Source: Myxococcota bacterium
GTDB taxonomy: Bacteria > Myxococcota_A > UBA9160 > SZUA-336
Direction of reading: 5' to 3'
Length of the DNA stretch: 64,000 bases
NCBI GenBank assembly: GCA_965247115.1
Contig: CBDFGR010000003.1
Span: 1,920,001 to 1,984,000, forward strand
Shown piece by piece: positions 57,293-64,000 of the stretch. A program made the position numbers and the translations under genes. Numbering within the stretch: position 1 is the first letter of the stretch; every line of letters begins with the position of its first letter. The notes beneath the pieces are model-generated. The model saw nothing but the letters and a program-made list of their open reading frames with translations. It ran no database searches and was not told where the DNA came from.

Positions 57293-58111
57293 CTATTGGC
57301 TCACGTAGATACCGCCGTTTGGTGAGAGAACTTGACCGGTTACGAAGCTCGACTCCTCGCTCGCCAGGTAGACGGCTGCCCAGGCGATGTCGTCGGGTTG
57401 GCCGAGGCGCCGCAGCGGGGTCCCGGCGGCAACATGCGAGAAGATCGCACGGATCGGCTCGGTCCCCTCGGTCTCGACAAAACCAGGAGCGAGCGAGTTT
57501 ACGCGAATATTGCGGCTCGCCAGCTCCTTGGCGAGAGAGCGCGTGAATCCCATGATCGCCGCTTTGGCCGTGCAGTAGTCAATCGCACCGGCCGTTCCGT
57601 TCGAGCCCTGGATCGACCCCATGTTGATGATCACGCCCGAATTCTGAGGACTCATGATGCGCAGTGCTTCTCGGCTGCAGAAGAAGGTTCCATTCACATG
57701 GACGCCTATCATGCGATGCCATGCGGCGTCGCTGAGATTCAGCGTAAAGTCCCAGTGGGTCTTGATCTGCCCATGCTCCTGCATCTCGGCGGCCTGCTTT
57801 CCTGCCGTTTCGAGCATTTCACTCACGTGGGCCTCGCTGTGGAGGTAGAATCCGGCGTTGTTCACCAGGATGTCGAGGCGGCCGTAGCGCTCCGCAACCT
57901 GCGCGAACATGCCCCCGACGCCGGCCGAATCGGATACATCGGCGACGATGGCGTCACCATCGACTTCTTTGGCGGTTGCCTCCGCAGCCTCTCGCCTCTG
58001 GTCGTTGATGATGAGTTGTGCACCTTCGGCGTGAAAACGGCGCGCAATGCCCGCTCCGATGCCCGAACCGGCACCGGTGACCAGGGCGAGTTTTCCGTCG
58101 AGTCGATTCAT
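57293..58111 (-). CDS. Short-chain dehydrogenase/reductase
   Basis: TGAGSGIG, LVNNAG, YCTAK, IRVNSLAPG. Confidence 0.93.
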   Translation of the reverse strand: MNRLDGKLALVTGAGSGIGAGIARRFHAEGAQLIINDQRREAAEATAKEVDGDAIVADVSDSAGVGGMFAQVAERYGRLDILVNNAGFYLHSEAHVSEMLETAGKQAAEMQEHGQIKTHWDFTLNLSDAAWHRMIGVHVNGTFFCSREALRIMSPQNSGVIINMGSIQGSNGTAGAIDYCTAKAAIMGFTRSLAKELASRNIRVNSLAPGFVETEGTEPIRAIFSHVAAGTPLRRLGQPDDIAWAAVYLASEESSFVTGQVLSPNGGIYVSQ

Positions 58112-58147
58112 GGAGCCTTCCGTTGCACGTCGGCCATCGAGGTGTGT

Positions 58148-59071
58148 CTACGCGGAGAGCTTCAGGGCTTCGGCCAGCTCGTGAAGGCGGTCCGGACTTG
58201 TCAGGAATTGGTAGTGAGTGATCATGCCTGGCGGTGCGGGCATCTTCTCGGGTGAGCCGGGCACGTAGTTGAATAGGAAGCCGTTGAATCCCAGTTCCTG
58301 GTAGGAACCAATCAAGTCGTGCATCGCCTGGATCGACTCGAACGCGGTCCGCTCCGCGAAGCCGCACAAGAGCCAGCGATCGATGGACTCTGGGTCGCGG
58401 CCGGCTTCGCTGACGTACTGGGAAAAGCGATCCGTGAGGGCCCTCGTCTCTTCTAGAGTTCGCACCTGGCCCTCCATAAACTCCATCTCACAAGCCACCC
58501 AGGCGTCCGCGTGCCTCGCGGCAATGCGCACGGACCGGGGTCCATCAGCGGCCACCAACAGGCGCGGTCGGGGTCGCTGCAGCGGCTTTGTACGCATCAG
58601 AGCTTCAGTCACCTCGTAGTACTCACCCTTGTACGTTGTGACCTCCTGTCGAAGCATCTGGTCGACGACCGTCACGAATTCTCCCAGTCGATCCACGCGT
58701 TCGCGCAAGGACCACATCGGTACGCCGGTCATGCTGTGGTCGAAGGGCGAGCCGCCTGCGCCCAGGCCCACGTCCAGCCGTCCGCCGGAGATGTGATCCA
58801 CCGTGAGCGCGTGTTGGGCGATCACGGCTGGGTGCCGGTAGATGGGGCTCGAGATCAGGCTTCCGATGCGGATTCGCTGTGTCGCGTTCGCCAGTGCTGC
58901 GAGCAGTGTCCAACACTCGAGCCAATCCGTTCTCCCAAATGGATTGGCGAAGTGATCGGCCAAGAAAGCGCTGTCGAAGCCCGTCGTTTCCAGGTCCTCG
59001 AAGTGCGCGAGCACATCAGGCCAGCTGTGTTGTTGGAGGAATTGAACTCCGAAATGGGGTCGGGCACTCAA
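58148..59071 (-). CDS. LLM-class oxidoreductase
   Basis: GFDSAFLADH, ECWTLLAALA, TVDHISGGRL..GLGAG, PLQRPRP. Confidence 0.9.
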   Translation of the reverse strand: MSARPHFGVQFLQQHSWPDVLAHFEDLETTGFDSAFLADHFANPFGRTDWLECWTLLAALANATQRIRIGSLISSPIYRHPAVIAQHALTVDHISGGRLDVGLGAGGSPFDHSMTGVPMWSLRERVDRLGEFVTVVDQMLRQEVTTYKGEYYEVTEALMRTKPLQRPRPRLLVAADGPRSVRIAARHADAWVACEMEFMEGQVRTLEETRALTDRFSQYVSEAGRDPESIDRWLLCGFAERTAFESIQAMHDLIGSYQELGFNGFLFNYVPGSPEKMPAPPGMITHYQFLTSPDRLHELAEALKLSA

Positions 59072-59220
59072 CGTTTTCTCTCCAGGGTGTTCATTAGCTC
59101 AGGAGGTCGTGCCCAAGACCACGGGGGGGCTCCTCAAGGATGGGCAGTTGTGAGGTCATTGATCGGAGGCACCAAGCGTACATGGAATCCGCGGGTCGTA
59201 GGGGGTGGCGGTCGCAGGCC

Positions 59221-60872
59221 TCAGCTCGAATCGGATGGATCGTACCCGTACTCCCGGGCCGCCGCCTCGGGGGTGACAAATCCGTCCTCGAGGTCACGCT
59301 GCACGCGCTCGCGGGGGCGATCGCGCGGATCGCCGAAGCCGCCCCCGCCCGCCTCGACCAGCGTGATCCGGTCGCCGGGCGCGAGCCTGTAACGCCCCTT
59401 CGGATCGATGGGAGATCCGTTGATCCGGTGCTCGCGCCGATGCCCGTCACTCCCGCCCGCGAACCCGAGCGCAGCGAACTCGGTGCGGTTCGCCATGCAC
59501 TGCACGGTCAACGGGTGCCCGCTGTCGTTGCGGATGACGATCTCCTGACCGAGTCCCCCACGCGAGGTGCCGGCGCCACCCGAGTCCGGCAGGAGGCGCT
59601 TGCTAAGGACGGTGGTGCTGGTCAGAGTCTCCCACACCTCCACCGGCACCACAGCCATGTTCGAGGGCCCGGGCAGGGTGTCGGCCCCATCGAGCCCAGC
59701 AAGCGCCCCGAAGCCGCCGGCCGCGAAGTAGATCGTCGACACGTCGTGCCCGTCCCGGTGCCGGCCCTGCACCGCGAGCAGGTTCATCATCCCGCAATCC
59801 GCCTGCACCCGGTCCGGGGCGGCCTCGGCGAGCGCCCCGAAAAGCAGCGGTGAGACATAGTGCCCGATCATGTGGCGCGCCCCGGTCGCCGACGGGGGAC
59901 GTGCGTTCAGGATGCAACCCTCCGGCGCAGTCGCGGTGATCGGCACGGTCATCCCGCCGTTGTTCGGCAGCTCCGGCACGGTAAGGCACTTTGCGGTGTA
60001 GAGCACTATGGCGCGCGCGTAGCAGAACGGGACGTTGATCCCCCGGCGCACGCTCCCGCCGGTGCCCTCGAAGTCGGCGTGCAGTCGCCCATCGCCCACG
60101 TCAATTCGCACCGCGAGGTCGATCGGCGCGTCGATCCCCTCGATCGAGATCGCGTTGCGGTAGCTCCCGGGACGCATCTCGCGCAACCGCTCGCGGATCG
60201 CGCGCTCGGAACGCGTGCGGATCTCTAGAGAGAGCTCGCCGAAGCCGTCGAGCCCGTACTCGTCCAGGAAGTCGAGGAGCATACGCTCGCCCACCGCGGT
60301 TGCGGTCACGTTGGCCATCAGGTCGCCGACCACCTCCTCGGGGGCGCGCACGTTGGTGCGCACGAGGTCGATCACCAGCTCGTTGCGCCGTCCCGCCTCG
60401 AACAGCTTGCAGATCGGGAGCCGCAGCCCCTCGTGGTAGATCTCCTCGGCGGTGGCGCCGAAACCGAGGCCGCCCACGTCGGGCAGATGAGTGATGCTGA
60501 TCACGTAGGCTACGATGCGATCTTGGCGGAACACCGGACGCATCACGTTGATGTCGAACATGTGTCCGGTACCGAACCACGGGTCGTTGGTGATCACCAC
60601 GTCGCCGGGGCGCAGGGTCTCGGGCGGGAACCGCTCGAGCATGAAGCCGAGCGTCGCGGGAGCGGTGCCCATGAACACCGGCACGCTGTAGGTGCCCTGC
60701 GCCATCAGCTCGCCGTCCGCGTCGAGCACCGCCACCGTGAGATCGTAGCTCTCGGTCACGATGGTGGAGAACGAGGTCCGCACCAGGGCCGAGACGATCT
60801 CGTCGGAGATCGCCACCAGACGGTCCCACGCGATTCCGACCCCGACCGCGTCGAGCGCTGGACGCACAGCGC

Positions 60873-60876
<4 letters not shown>
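59221..60876 (-). CDS. hyuB: Hydantoinase B / oxoprolinase
   Basis: RTSFS..V.ES.D, NDPWFGTGH..D, HLPDVGG, GGGGFGDP; GTG overlaps the hyuA stop. Confidence 0.88.

Positions 60877-64000
<3,124 letters not shown>

Overview
High-GC bacterial chromosomal window; the gene order looks deltaproteobacterial / Myxococcota-like (inference). 1-8959: end of a minus-strand flagellar cluster (fliR-flhB-flhA-flhF-HDOD-small ORF-flgF-flgG-flgA-flgH partial). This cluster is cut off upstream by a 1275-bp IS5-family element, and a second, apparently identical copy lies at 52381-53655; both have CTAG target duplications. About 10-38.5 kb is mostly core genes: NUDIX, rhomboid, RlmD-like methyltransferase, ExeA/ExeB, type II pantothenate kinase, rplU-rpmA-obg-proB-proA-nadD-rsfS-gpmI-comF, GH35, trxB, greA, nadA, CDF transporter, bactofilin. 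About 38.5-64 kb is an accessory catabolic mosaic (LLM/F420 oxidoreductases, dihydropyrimidinase, hydantoinase A/B, GGT-like, PhyH dioxygenases, MaoC pair, class III aminotransferase) with several pseudogenes. The most interesting signals are: an orphan ~160-nt structured, GGA-rich ncRNA with its own sigma70 promoter and terminator (14641-14800); a pair of covarying structured repeats flanking an ATPase-less PAS-HisKA-REC gene whose amber stop sits inside a TEDLP-coding tandem repeat; a GGT-family protein with Ser at the catalytic Thr position; IS insertion at stop-codon/Shine-Dalgarno junctions; and a widespread leaderless-type promoter layout. All calls are by eye from motifs; no database searches were run.
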